Shown in pieces: positions 35,454-49,143 of a stretch of 64,000 bases of DNA (its first letter is position 1; every line of letters starts with the position of its first letter). The notes beneath the pieces were generated by a model. That model saw only the letters and a list, made by a program, of their open reading frames with translations. It had not been told where the DNA came from and searched no databases. Position numbers and translations under genes: made by a program. The stretch lies in contig CBFDEM010000021.1 of the NCBI GenBank assembly GCA_965603825.1, positions 434,001 through 498,000 on the forward strand, in the 5' to 3' direction. Source of the stretch: Blepharisma stoltei ATCC 30299 (taxonomy: Eukaryota > Protista > Ciliophora).

Positions 35454-38400
35454 ATGGAAGAATCTAACAGACACAAAACTTTTTGTAATCCACAATGCAC
35501 AGCGAGAAAAAGCATTGTGCTGGATTTGAAATATTTATTATCCGTTAGTGAAAACATTGATAAAACCCTGCGAGATTTTTCGAGCTCCCAAGATGAAGAA
35601 TTCAAAGAGCTGCCTGATTTCCCACATACAAGTTTCAATGAGTCGCCAAGATTGTAAAAGTTATGTAGCCTTGATATAAATTTCGCTGATATTTCTATGG
35701 AAGAAGCAGCGCTAAATTTTCCATTAAGCCAAGACTTGAATAATGCGATGTTAAGGATTATTTCAAGGATTCAAAAACTGAAAGAAACAGAAAATCAGCT
35801 GATAAGGACATATAAAAATGCTTGTAATTCACAAGATAAAGAAGAAATCCAAAGACTGACAGTCCAGCTGAGAGAAATGAGCCAAGAAGTAGAATTTTTG
35901 AGCAAAAAAATTGAAGAAAATGAAGAAGAAAGAGAAAAAACAGGAAAAAGTGAATGTAAAGACTGTGGCAAAAATGTCCAAAAATTAAAAGAATTTAAAG
36001 GAGAAATTGAAGAAATAAAAAAAGAGCTAATAAAGGCTGATGAGTTACTTAATACCACAAGAAAAGAAAAAGCTGATCTAGAGTCAGCTTATATAGACCT
36101 GCAAAAGCAGCTTGAAGAGCTAAAAGATTTCGACCCAAAAGAATATGAAGCAGCCTTCGCAGGTCTTAATTCAGAAAAAGAAGATCTTATAAAGCTTAAT
36201 AAAGAGCTTGCTAGGAAATATAACATACAAGAAAGCATGATATGGAAAATAGAAAAAGAGCTAGAAAACGCTAATATCGAAATAGAAGAAAAAGATCGTG
36301 CCTTAATTATTGCAAGAAATATGATAACAAAACTTCAGAGTTCACAAAATGAATTAGAGAGAAAACTTAAACAGCAAAAACAGTTAGCAATACAAAATAA
36401 GCTGAAAGGACAAAGCTTTGCTGATATTGAAAGCCATGAAGGAATGCTGAGAAGTGAAATTTACAGTTTGCATGATAAGATTGAAAAAATTTCAATTGAA
36501 AGTGATAGAGAAATTAAAAATAGAGAAGAAGTCATTAGAAAATTAAATGGAGAAAATAATGATTTAAAGCAAGCATTCGATGAAATAGAAGGAAAGTTGA
36601 AAGAAATTGAAAGCGAGAATAAGCTAAGAGAAGAAAATCATCAGAATGAAATGAAAAAGCTGACTGAAAGTTTAGCTGAAAAAGAGGAGTCAATCGGCCA
36701 GCTATCAAAGCTCAACCAAGAGCAGCTGAAGCTAAAAGACTTAGAGCTCACTCAAATGAAAAAATCAATAAATTCAGGCATTTCTGTTGATAACGAAAAA
36801 CCATCACTAGATGAAGAAAAAACTACTCTAAGGTCAACTACTCCAATAAAACGCAAATCTCCAGTCAAAACCTATGCTAAAATGCCTATAAAACAGACGC
36901 TAAGACCATCTGAAAATATAAAAACTGTCTCAGACATAGAATCTAATCAGCAGTCAGAGCTTGCAGAAACTGAAAAACCTAGCATAGAAAAGCCCTTAAG
37001 TATGCTTTGAAGAGAACAGCTTCAAGAAAGCTTAAAAAAGGAATCCTTGTATAAAAAGCAGTTGGGAAAAATAAATGAGCAAGAAAATCAATTTTTTAAA
37101 GAAAGAATTAAAATATTAGAAGAGCTCGGAAGTACAAAGCACCAGTTAAGCGAAAAGCTGAGAATGAGAGAAGAAGAGTACGAGTCAAAAATCAATGAAA
37201 TTGCAACAAAACAGCAAAACCTATTAAAAATTGTTGAAGAAATGCAAAAATCGCTGCTGATGAAAGATAAACAAATAAAAGAGCAGAGCAACCTTTACTT
37301 ATGTGAAATATCTGAAATGAAGAAGCTTATAGACATATTCAAAAATGAAATTGCATATAGAGATGATATTTATCGAAAAAATTACTTCAAGCCATTGGTT
37401 TTCTCAGCAAAAATTGATGCCCTAAATGATGAAAATTCAAAACTCAGGCAAAATTTAGAAGATAGCAAAAGAGAGTTAACAATAATTATGAATGAGAAAG
37501 AAATATCAAAGGGCCAATATAAGCAAGCTGAAGAAATCATAAATTCTTTAAAGCTAGAAATCCAACTAGCAGAAAATGAACTTCTTTCTATGCCCAAACT
37601 CAATTTCTTAACTGAAGAAAAACCCATGAAACTTTATGAAAAAATAAAAGAAATGAAAAATGAATTCACAAAGTCTATTGAATGAAAAGAAACTGATATA
37701 AAAACGATAAATAATTTACAGGCAAAGCTTAAAGAAATGGAAGATTATTATGAAAAAGCGTTAAGCGAAAAAGCAGCGATTAATCAGCAATTAATTGCCA
37801 CTCTGAATAATATAAAACAAGAAAAAAACACAAAACGCCTCGATTCTTCTCAAAATTCAGCATTAGGCCGCTCAGAAAATGAACGGTCAAGAGCTAGTAT
37901 GACTCCTCTTAGACTATCCAACCGAAGCCGCTATCAAAGTTTAGATTTAGATGCCCAGCCATTCACAACTCGAGAGTCAGACGAAACAAGTCAACTCTTA
38001 TTTGAAAAAGATAAACAAATTGAAGATTTGCTATATAAGCTCAGCAGTGCCAAAACTCATAGAAGAAGGCACTCACATAAGCATAAAGGAAAGTTTGACC
38101 TTTCAGAAGTGTTGAATCTAGTTGAATATTTAAAAGATGAGATATTGGGAAACCGGCTTACTAATAAAGATTTATCTGAAGAACTAAAGGAAATTCTGGT
38201 GAATTTCTCAGAGTGATTAAGAACAACTCCGCATAAACTATCAAGGAATCAAGATTTAGGATTCTATTCAGAGATTATTTCTTTATTATTAAATAGCTCA
38301 AAGTTAGCTGACCAAATTTATTCTTTAAAACAGTTGCAAAGCCAGCTTTATCAATATGACCAAAATTCTATATCAAGTCAGTTGCTCATGTATGTTAGAA

Positions 38401-38729
38401 TTTTATGCGAAAATAACGAAAGCAACCCCGAAGAAAATTCTACAAAAGTCAGGCTGCGATTAGAAACTTTATATAGAAACTTAAAAAGTTCAGCAGAAAG
38501 CATCTCGAAAGTAGCCAACAGGTTACAAGAAATGAAATGATCTTTGTCCCACGAAGAAACTCGTGCAGATATCTTTTTAAGGGTATTAGAAATGGTCGGA
38601 AATTTTTTCGAAAACTACATTTTGGAACACAAAAACGACGAAGAAACCTTACTAAAGGCGATCAAAGAATTGTCCAATTCAAACACAAAGCCGCTGCGGT
38701 CTTCTAGAAGCATGAGATCATATCAATAA
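35454..38729 (+). CDS. Large coiled-coil protein (~1086 aa)
   Basis: Intron 35654-35668 and TGA at 37008, 37683, 38214 and 38538 unite six same-frame ORFs. Confidence 0.82.
35654..35668 (+). other. 15-nt intron
   Basis: GTAAAAGTTATGTAG; removes in-frame TAA. Confidence 0.85.
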
Positions 38730-38766
38730 TTAGTAAATTATTTAAATCATTTTTAATAAAGACAAA

Positions 38767-40719
38767 ATGGAATTTGAAGCAATAGAGAGCTGGGAACTGC
38801 AGCCCGACACAGAAGTCTTTTATAATTCGAGCGTTGGGAAATTCTATTACAAGAATCATCATATAATTACTGGGAAATTAATCAACACATTAGAAACTCA
38901 TCCTTTAATTGAACTTCCATCATTAGAGTGATTTTTATTCAGCCAAAAAATAATCGCGATGAGCATGACAAATGACGATAGAATCATTGCTGTCCAAAGA
39001 GTGCCTCATGAGTTAGTACAGTTTATATAGGATCTAATAAGCGTTGATACGCTGCAAACTCTTACAATAGCTGGTGGAATCAATAGGAAAATTTTAGGAT
39101 TCCACTGGGTAAAAGGAATTGCCAGCTTATGTGATCTGGTTATGATAACCTCAGCAGGGATCGAATTCTATAAAGTCACTGAAAAACCTTTTAGAGTTTC
39201 TAATGTCAGAGGCTATCAGTTCGGAATTGCTTTTTATTGGTTTGAGCCTAAAAGTGGAGTTATTGCGGCAGCTTGCTCAGCTCCGAATTTGGGGAAAATC
39301 CGCACTTTCTTTTTGTATCAAAATAAAGGTACAAAGTTCCAGGGAAATAAAATTATTATTGACATTTCACCGTTTACGACTGATATATGGACCACTATGC
39401 CTCTAAATTCATCAAATTTATTTGATTTTTATTCAAATGTATATGAAGACAATATAAACCAAATTGCCCTGATTTCGATTTATGATGGGGTTTATTTTAT
39501 TCATATCAACTGCATTAAAGGAAGCTTAGTTGTATATAAACTTGAATATGAAGAGCTTCCAGAAATTGCATTCAATTTGTCAATATCGTCTGGGAAATAT
39601 GGAATCAGATCAAGTGATAATTTGCTGATCTTGCAGAATTATGATACACAGGCTTGCCATATTTTTGATATAAAGAGCTTTGAATATTCTAGTAGACCAA
39701 TTGTGACTATTAGTTGCAAAGAAGATTTAGAAAATCGTGAACAATTTAATTCATTTGCATTGAATCACAGCAAAACTCAGTATATTTACTATGATTTTTT
39801 ACTCGATTGGGGCCTTAAATATATAGATAACGATTTGTGCATTGATATGAATAGAAAACTATGCTTTAAATTGAATCTAAAGCCAGAAGTTTTGATGCAA
39901 AAACATCCAAGCTCTATTGAAGCAATTTTATTTCTCTTAAGAAGAAAAGGGTGTAAAAATCAGGCATTTGAGTTTCTAAAGGATAGCTTAAGAAATAAAA
40001 TCGAGCTAATTAAGCTTGGATTTTTTTTTAATACTCTCAACAAAGTCTACAAAATAGCAGCTATTGAAAGAAAAAAAAGCAATAAAGACGACAAAAGGCC
40101 AAGTCTACCCAGTTTAAGTTCATTTGAGAGCTATAAACCTGGGAAATATATAAAAAGAACTAGCCTGCAAGCTGACGTTGAGCTCAAAATAAACTCAGGA
40201 ATGACTGTCATTCTTCAAACTGATATGCATAAAGAAATATTTGCTCCCTTATATAGAGAACGGCTTGACTTTGATTATTTAACAAAAGTAATTTTATTAT
40301 ATAACAAATCCCTAATTGATGAAGACATCCAAGTCCACCAAGTCTTGCAAATTCTTTTAGCAAAAGTTCTCATAGAAAGCCAGAATTTCGTCTTGCTCCA
40401 GCAGCTATTCGAGCACAACATGTTCAATGACAACGGAGACTTCGCGAATTTGATGATAGAACTATCAAAAGGGACAAATTCCATTTGCTACCCACCTGCT
40501 TTCCAAATAGGGATTGACATGCTCTATAGGCTGGAGTCATATGGCGCCTTAGCTGAAGCGTTTTTAAATAATGGCATGATTTTTGAAGCTCTTCAATTGC
40601 TTGAAAAGCATCCTTGCCCTGGTTTTGACGTCAAACTGATCCAACCACGTGCTGACAGCTATAATGACCCTCAGTTATCGTTGTTCGTTTCTCAATATAT
40701 TAACTCAAAAAGACTCTAG
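38767..40719 (+). CDS. Regulator of MON1-CCZ1 (RMC1/Mic1-like)
   Basis: IAVQR, ILGFHW, ITSAGIEFY, DNLLILQNYDTQACHIFDIK, FLLRRK, AFQIGIDMLYRL; introns 38928-38942 and 39016-39030. Confidence 0.8.
38928..38942 (+). other. Probable 15-nt intron with no UAA/UAG if retained
   Basis: GTGATTTTTATTCAG fits the consensus. Confidence 0.6.
39016..39030 (+). other. 15-nt intron
   Basis: GTACAGTTTATATAG; removes in-frame TAG. Confidence 0.88.
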
Positions 40720-40740
40720 TGTAGTTATTTAATAACAATA

Positions 40741-41187
40741 ATGGAAAGAACACCTGATTTTTATTTAAGATATTATATAGGACACAAAGGCAAATTCGGG
40801 CACGAATTTTTGGAGTATGAAATCACAAATGAAGGCAGACTTAGATATGCGAATAACTCAAACTACAGAAACGAGCCTCTGATAAGAAAAGAAGTTTATA
40901 TAAATCGAATAGTAATTGAGGAAATCAAAAGATTGGTCAACAATTCTGAAGTGCTAAGCCAAGACGATTCAAGGTGGCCTGAGCCAAACAACGTCGGAAG
41001 ACAAGAGTTAGAAATTGTGATCGGAGAAGAGCACGTGTTTTTTATCACTTCAAAAATCGGATCTTTCTTAGATGTTCAGAGAAGTGAAGATCCAGAAGGA
41101 CTCAGGAGCTTTTTCTATCTAGTGCAAGATATAAAATGCCTGGTTCTTACCCTTATGAGTATGCATTTTAGAATAAAGCCAGTTTAA
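40741..41187 (+). CDS. MAGO: Mago nashi, exon junction complex core protein
   Basis: [21 protein letters not shown]...LRYANNSNY...HFRIKPV. Confidence 0.98.
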   Translation: MERTPDFYLRYYIGHKGKFGHEFLEYEITNEGRLRYANNSNYRNEPLIRKEVYINRIVIEEIKRLVNNSEVLSQDDSRWPEPNNVGRQELEIVIGEEHVFFITSKIGSFLDVQRSEDPEGLRSFFYLVQDIKCLVLTLMSMHFRIKPV

Positions 41188-41240
41188 TTGAAATAACTTT
41201 AAATCAATTTTAAAAACAAAAACTGAGTGGCTTAGCAAAA

Positions 41241-42656
41241 ATGAAATGGACAAAACTCCCAGAAAGGCAAGATGATGCGCCTAGAGTTAAAAATCACACA
41301 GCAATTTTTTATGAAAATTCTTTATATATATACGCAGGGTTCGATGGAACTCGTCATCAAAATACTCTCCATGCATTAGATCTTAGAAATTATAATTGGA
41401 CAAGGCCCACCACTTGTGGCCCCACCCCGCTCGCCCGAAATGGCCACACAGCAACTTTGTACGGTTCTGAAGTATATGTGATTGGCGGGTGGAATGGAAA
41501 TTTGCCTTACGCAACTGAAGATATCTATGTACTAAACCTAAAAACAATGTTTTGGGAAAAAATAATCCCATATGGAGAAGCTATGGTTGCATGTAACATG
41601 CATTCCGCTGATTTATATGAGGACAAAATTTATGTATTTAGAGGAGGCGATGGCAGCAATTATTTAAATGATCTACATAGTTTTGACATTCCAAGGCGAG
41701 TATGAAGCAAAATTGATGCCCATGGCAACCATCCATCAGCCCGAGCTAATCATTCTTCCTGCATTCACAACCATCATTTGTATATTTTTGGAGGATGGAA
41801 CGGTATAGAAAGGTTAAATGACTTATATGTGTTGGACCTAAAATCATTAATATGATCAAAGCCGAGAACTCATGGAGAAATTCCATGTCCTAGAGCAGGA
41901 ATGAGTTTAAACTCATTAAATGGAAAGATTTATTTGTTTGGTGGCTCAGGAGTATCATCAGCTTGCTACAGTGACTTGTATATTTTTGACCCTAAGACTT
42001 TGCTGTGATCTGATGTTCATACTAATCAAGATACCCCGACTCCCAGAGCTGGGCACAGTTTTACAGTAATTTCCTGTCACAAGCTTTTGCTATTTGGAGG
42101 ATCATGCGGAAATCAGTATCCAACGACATATTATATATTAGACTTGGATCCACCCCCACAGCTTCAGCCGATTCCTCCTCCAGAAGACCTTAGGCTCCAT
42201 ATCCGTTCATTATTCAATAACCCAAGCTTTAGTGACATAAAATTCATAGTAGAAGGCCGAGCTATTTATGCTCACAAAGTGATCATTACCATGCTTAGTG
42301 AGCCTTTTCAAGGAATGTTTGCATCTGGAATGAGAGAAACTCGCGAAGGGTCTATTGAGATCAAGGACATTAGTTATAGAACTTTCTTAATTTTATTGAA
42401 ATATTTGTATACAGGAGAAGTAGAAATCAGTGCTGGGACAGAAGGGCAGTCACTTTCTACAGAAAGCATCATTGAAATTATGCATGCAGCTGATAGATAT
42501 CTAATAGAGCCTGTAATAATTGCATGTGAACATATGTTGATAGAAAGAGTGACCAATGAAAACGCAGAAGTGATTAAAGGCTGTGTTGAAAATATCCACG
42601 CCGATAATATAAAATCATACTGCGATTGGAAGATTAGATATAAAAATGAATTTTAA
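41241..42656 (+). CDS. Kelch-repeat plus BTB protein (LZTR1-like, 471 aa)
   Basis: Kelch repeats; TGA 41703, 41853 and 42006 fall at the Kelch Trp position; BTB FSDIKFIVEGRAIYAHKVI. Confidence 0.9.
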
Positions 42657-42697
42657 TTAAATATTTCTTTTAATTCCATATTGTTTAAAAACGGGTA

Positions 42698-43213
42698 ATG
42701 GACTCAAGCAAACAAGTAAGAATTTTCGGAGGCGTCATAACAATCCTTGCAATGCTTTATTATGCATATGAAATTTATCTCTATGCGACCAACTGGTACT
42801 CACTTGAGGATATTCAGAAAGACACAACCTGCGACGAAATCTACACCCTAGAAATTTGACTTCTCTCACAAAACATCATTTGGCTTGCAGCTTTGGGACT
42901 ACTATTAATTGTACTTGTAGTCCCAAATTTCTATAAGCTTTTGCTTTGCTTTTTGTATTTGATGGGGCCAGTTTATCTAACATGGACTTTGGTAGCGATC
43001 GGCTATTACAGTTGGTTTCTTGCATGCTGCAAAAAAGAGCAAGATCAATGCACAGATTTCTACCCTTATCAAAACCCAGCTGGCTTTATAGCGCTGATCA
43101 TAGTTTCCTTGGTATTTTCTGCGCTGATCACCCTTTATCTGCTATCTATAATTATCCAAGCACTTTGGAGTTATTTTAGAACAAGATATCAGCAATATAG
43201 CCATCTTTTCTAA
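42698..43213 (+). CDS. Hypothetical multi-pass membrane protein (171 aa)
   Basis: ATG 42698, one TGA, about four hydrophobic segments. Confidence 0.75.
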
Positions 43214-43263
43214 ATAATTAGTTATTGTAATGAATTAAACAAAAACGCATAGGATAATCATCT

Positions 43264-44409
43264 TTATTTAGAAGCTGACAAATATTTTATTGTATGATTT
43301 ACAGTGTCATAGCCAATATTTAGTGATGATTTTTGCCACTCCTCGCTACTTGGACAGAACATTTCGACAAGTACTTGCTTAGTCTTATGGTTTAAGTAAC
43401 TTTCGCTATTAAAAGCAGATAATTCTTTTTTTGAGAAATTTTCTACAATAGAATTTGCGTTGTGCCAAACTGCTTCGTCTCTGATACTTAAAAATGTTTT
43501 GTTTATTGGAGCTGTCCCAATTTCAAGAGCAAAAGCTGCCCATTTCCCATCAATTCTTTTGGTTTCTTTCAGTCCTGATATAATTAATCCGCCGTCCTTG
43601 CCGCTGAAAAGACTATTAAAGTCAACTCTTTTTTCACCAAAAATTGAAGCAGTCGTAGTTTTAGATTCCTCGTCTGTAACAATAAATGTTTCTTGCCCTG
43701 GGTCTCCTAGCCCAGTATGGATATCAATATGTATGACTGCCTCAGAATCTGTAGGGATAAGTTCATATATTTTTTCTTGTAACAATTTTAATTCAATTTC
43801 CATGCTTTTTCCTCCATACTGCACACCTCTGCTTTTGAAGCGCTGTCCGAACATCATAGCGTAAGTGAATTTTTCCCTCCCATATTTCCAAAAATAATAA
43901 GCTATTTTAGCTCCATCATACAAGTTAGAAAATCTAGGGGATCCCGGGTTGATAATCTCGTCAGTATCTAAATAAATTGATTTGGCTTCTTTATATCTTG
44001 GATCTGTTTTCTGCCTTTCTAAGAGCTCAGGGAAATCTGTAATAAAGTTTCTATTTAAGTCAATGTTGTTTACATTGACTCGTCGAAGCCAAGCTGCACC
44101 TCATGGATTTATAGCATGGCCCATTATAATTCCTACATTGTCTGGAATCTGGAAGCTTCCATCTATAATTTTCTTTAAAACATGAGATTGAAGAGCACTG
44201 CCATAGAATAGCTCGACGCCATGCGTCCCACTTGTGAGAAGAAGCCATCTCTTCGGAGATCCTTTGTGTATTTTTAAGAAATCAGTGGAAAGAGGTCTTC
44301 CAGTAAAATCTATGTATGGAAGCTCGTAGTTAGATTTTTGGACCCTATGAGGAACCCTGCTTGATAGATTTAAAAAGAAATCTCTGCATTTTTGGAGGGA
44401 CCGGTTCAT
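43264..44409 (-). CDS. M14-type Zn carboxypeptidase-like protein (DUF2817 family, 381 aa)
   Basis: SGTHGVE..GSALQ, HAINPWG (TGA 44101), RRVNVNNIDLNRNF, IDIHTGLG. Confidence 0.85.
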
Positions 44410-44936
44410 ATTTTATCATTGAGTAAATAATGAGTCTGAATGATCAATAAAGCATGAAAATTGTTGTCAATCAATATAACTTTAAGTAATGATAGATGGA
44501 GATAAAAGCCATCGCAGATAAAAATATTATAATATATGAATAATAAAAAATTATATCTCTTTATTAGCAATTAAAAATCAATTTTAGCAAGATACTACAA
44601 TCTAAACTTCAAAATTTGCAAATAAGGCAACTTTCAAGTATGATTTCTCGATATCTTGAATCTAGTCATTTACTCAAAAAGCTGAAATAATGTCAATTTA
44701 AACAAGGCTTTGAATATATATACTAAATAGAAAATAATTTTTTATAGTGCTAGAAATTTTTGAATATTATATTATAAAATATTGCATTAAAGTTTTGCGT
44801 GTATAGTTATCAAAATTAAGATATTATAAATTCTTTTAATAGTCTATGCAAACACATAAATATTACTTAATCTTAATTATCGCTATAGTGGCTTAAAATT
44901 TTAAGTAATGGTTTTAGCCTTAAAGATTTGAATAAA

Positions 44937-46325
44937 ATGAAAAGCGATTTAATAAGTCAAAAGCTATTTGGATATGTTTTAAAGCCAGAATCCCCAAAAG
45001 ACAAAAATCAAAACTCATCAGCACTTAATACCTCCAATAAAAGTATTCGACCTGTAACAGCAGCAAACGTAGGAAACCATGAAAATCAATGAGTTTTCAA
45101 CTGTATCAGAAGACCGAGGCATGTTAGCTCAGTTATCGCTGCGAATCCTAATAAACTGCCAACAAATAAAGAAATCAATAATTTTCTCACATATATTTTT
45201 AAAGAAAGGAAAGGAGATGAATTAGCCCAACCAAAACCAACTCCAGCTAAAAAAGGCAATTTTATTAGGCCAAGAACAGCTAGTTGCTCAACAATGAACA
45301 ATATTTTCAAAGCATCACCGATCATCAAATCTCCTTCAGCACTTGTAATAGCTCCAAATTCCAGTCAAAAAGAAAGTTTTACGACTAATCAAACTGATAT
45401 AGAAGACAAAAAAGTGGAAAGCCCTATAGTATCGAAACTCGCATTTCACCGTATAAATTTAGATAGCCAAGTACGAAAAACTCTTCGAATAAAAGATGCC
45501 AATGATGATGGAACTCTAGAAGATTATTTCATCGGAAGTGAAATCGGAAAAGGTGCTTATGCAGTTGTAAAGCTTGGAATAAGCAAAGCAAACAGCAAAA
45601 AAGTTGCTATAAAAGTATATGAAAAAATTACCTTATTAGATTCAAATAAGAAGAAAAATGTGCAAAGAGAAATCAGAATTTTGAGTAAGCTAAATCACCC
45701 ATCTATTGTAAAATTATATGAAACTATAGAGACACCTAGAAGTATCAATTTGATATTAGAGTATGTGCCGGGATGCTCTCTGCAAGAATATGTCAAAAGA
45801 AGGGCAAGTAGAAGACTAGAAGAAGGTGAAGCCAGAAAGATTTTTAAGCAAATAATGGAAGGAATCGCGTATTTTCATTCGAAAAATATAAGCCATAGAG
45901 ATATTAAGCTTGAAAATGTTTTAATAGACCAAAACCAGCAGATTAAGCTTATTGATTTTGGATTTGGAGTCTATATCCCAGAAACTCGCAGAGTAAAATT
46001 ATTTTGTGGCACACCAAGCTATATGGCTCCTGAAATTGTTATGAAAAAAGAGCACCTTAGTCAGCCAGCTGACATTTGGGCTGCTGGGGTATTATTATAT
46101 GTGCTTCTTGCAGGCATTTTTCCATTTAGAGCTCCGCATCACAAAGAGCTATATCAAAAAATCCAAAAAGGCTCGTTTTCTATGCCAGAAAACATTTCAT
46201 TAGAAGCAAAGCATTTAATCCACAAAATGTTAAACTATGACCCACAGCAGAGAATTTCTGCTGGAAATGCATTGCAAGAGCCATGGCTGCAAATGAGTAA
46301 CTATGAGTCCAAAAAATTAAAATAA
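44937..46325 (+). CDS. CAMKL (MARK/SNF1-like) Ser/Thr kinase (462 aa)
   Basis: GKGAYAVV, VAIK, HRDIKLEN, DFG, CGTPSYMAPE; N-terminus extended through one TGA. Confidence 0.9.
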
Positions 46326-46416
46326 ATTGTTTTATCGATTACATTATAATAAAGTTGTTGGAAATATTAATAAGCTCATGCCTAGTCTCTTGATTTATTA
46401 AATTGTATTTTTGTGC

Positions 46417-48504
46417 CTAATATGGTGAATCCTCGAGATCTCCAAATTGGTCACCTGCGATATAGGACAAATCTGGTACGTTTACGGAAATTTGTTTATT
46501 GGTTCTATTCTTAAGGGAATTAATTAAAAACATTTCTCTATATCTCATGGAAGCTGGAAGGGCAGTCTGTTGGTCAACTTCCTCTTCACTTTCATCTTGA
46601 ATTAACGCTAGCTTAGAACTACTTTTATTTAAGTCTTTTTCAACATATAGTTTTTCAGCCTTTTCTGCCATAGATTCTCTCTTGAATTTTGGCTCATTTT
46701 TTCCAATAATATTTTGTAGAGAAAAATGCTCAAAATGGTTGGTAATTTTTCGTTTCCTTTCTATTTTTTTGATGAGTCTATCGTTCAAATTAATGTATGT
46801 TCCTCATCTGTATTTATCCTTATCAGCCATCTGCGCAATTTTGCTCCTATCAAGCTGAAACTTATAGAGATCACAGTCACGAGCAATATGTCCTAGTGTT
46901 GCACATAAATAGCATCTTACTCCAAGGGCTGAAAGGTCTTCTTTACATTCTTTTATTAGCAGCTCTGTGATTTCTCTTTCTCTAGGCCTCGATATAAACA
47001 TCCTCATTAGTGCAGACCTACTTAAAGACAGCAATTCACTATAAACTAAACACCGAGCTGAAGCACTCCTTATAGAGTCCAAAAAAAAAGAGATTTCGCC
47101 AAAATATTTTCCTTTTTTAAGCTCCTTAAAAACGGTTCGAGTAGATTCATGATAAATTTCAACAGTTCCGCTCTGTAAAAAATACACGTCATTGCTCATT
47201 TCTCCTTCTTTAAAAAGCAAATCGCCAGGAGCATGGACTTTGATTTCCAAATTTCTCCCTAAAGCCCTTAAAAAACTTGTAGCGTAAATGCCAAATGCTG
47301 GACAATCGTTTAAGGACTGTCCACGAGTTTGTATATAAATTTCGTCTTTTAACTGAGCACTTAAACATTTGAGCAATTCTTCATCATTAAATTTATTTTT
47401 GCTGCTTCTTTTAAGATATGTAATATACTCTGATATTCTTCCTCTGAGCAGTTTAGGAACATTTTTCCGGTACATGAACTTTCGAAGTTGATCCTGGACG
47501 TTTTCTCAGTACTTAGACTTAGCTGTTTGCTTGCCTATAATGGTCTGGAGGTTTCCTATCAAATACCCGAACAAGAAGCATTCAAAAAACATAGTGGTCA
47601 TCGCGTTTATCATTTGTAAAGGCGAAGATATAAAGAAGCTTCCATATCCACACGAAGTCATTGTTAACACTGCGTAAAAAAGCATAAAAAGATATCTGTC
47701 ACTTACAAACTCTTTTCTTGATGCTCATAGTTCTCCATAATGCAATAACGCATCTTTGTAAAATACATATGTAATGCAACTGATTCAATGAGCCCATAAA
47801 ATAGCTACTAAAAAAAATTTTCCAATTTGGGCAATTGCTATAAATTTAGGGCTTGATAAAGAGTCTTCAACTAAGTACATGATTTTTTTCATCTTGGCAA
47901 TCCTTGCAAGCTTAAGGAGTCATATATAATTTAAAATTTTAGAAGTTAATATATCTTTTAGCTGTATTTCTTCGTCTGGCTCAAAAATGTCTTCAAGAAA
48001 AAACATAAAATTAGGGGACAGAGTGAGAAAATCCAAGATAAACCAGCTTTTCATATAATTTAGGCTTATAGATTTTCTACTAATAATGTATTCACCGTAA
48101 AGATAATATGCTGTATTAAGTTGGATAAAGACATCTATAGAATATAAAATTTCTGTAGTGAATATAGAACTAAGTACAGCATGGTTTGGCATAGGATTAA
48201 ATGATAAAATAAAAGGAATTATAATGCATTGATAAGTAGTAATAGCGAGGATCAAAACATCTCAAACAACTCTAAGAAAATTTTCAGGGTCAAACACTTT
48301 TATAATTTGGTGACTTTTCTCTAAATTTCCAGATTCTTTTATATGGAAAAATATTTCAGTTTTACGTTTTTTTGCTCTTTCAAAGTTTTTAAGAGACTCT
48401 GGCTCGTGAAGCTCGAGCAATTGCACATGATTCAAAATAGATAAGGTCTGTCAAGTTCGTGTTATTCCCGGACTTGTTTCTCTTGTCCGATTATATTCTT
48501 TCAT
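46417..48504 (-). CDS. CNBD-containing 6TM cation (K+) channel with CCHC knuckle (695 aa)
   Basis: PENFLRVVWD, YMKSWFILDF, S4 LLKLARIAK, pore TMTSCGYGS, CNBD FGEI...RSASAR, CYLCATLGHIARDC; seven TGA. Confidence 0.9.
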
Positions 48505-49143
48505 TTATTAGCATTTAAATTATGCAATGGCCAGACTGTAAATCGAAGTTTCATTCCTTTGGATAGGATATATTTAGAAAATGAATAATATTTTAAGAAA
48601 AGAAAAAGTATAGATAAGCCAATAATTTCCAAATTTTTTATAGGTTAAATTTTTGTTCATCCGGTAGAAATTTTGCATAAAGAACTATTATATAGAAAAA
48701 TATCAGAGAAGTAAGCAGTAAATAAACAATTTTATCTAATAATGATGCCAAAATCAATACTTTCATTACAAGGTTAAAAATTTTTTAATTTTTATACTAA
48801 GAAAATAACTTATTAGCTGAGGTTTGCCTGGACTGGAAATAATTCAGATTTTATAATATACGCAAATTTACGTTTTATATATAAGGTTATTATTTATTTA
48901 GGGTTTGAAGTTTTTTAAGTAATCATTCGCCACAATAATTTGATATTCATTAATTTTTAGTATTTTAAATTAATTAATAATTGTAGTTTTAACAATTAAT
49001 TCAATTTTTCTAGTTATGTATTCTTATATTTTATGATTTCAATGAGCTGAGCTCACTCTCAGCTTATAAATATTTTATAAATTAATTATAAAAGCATTTT
49101 ATATTTGAGGCATTAAAATTTTATTTGATGTGTTTAATTAATT

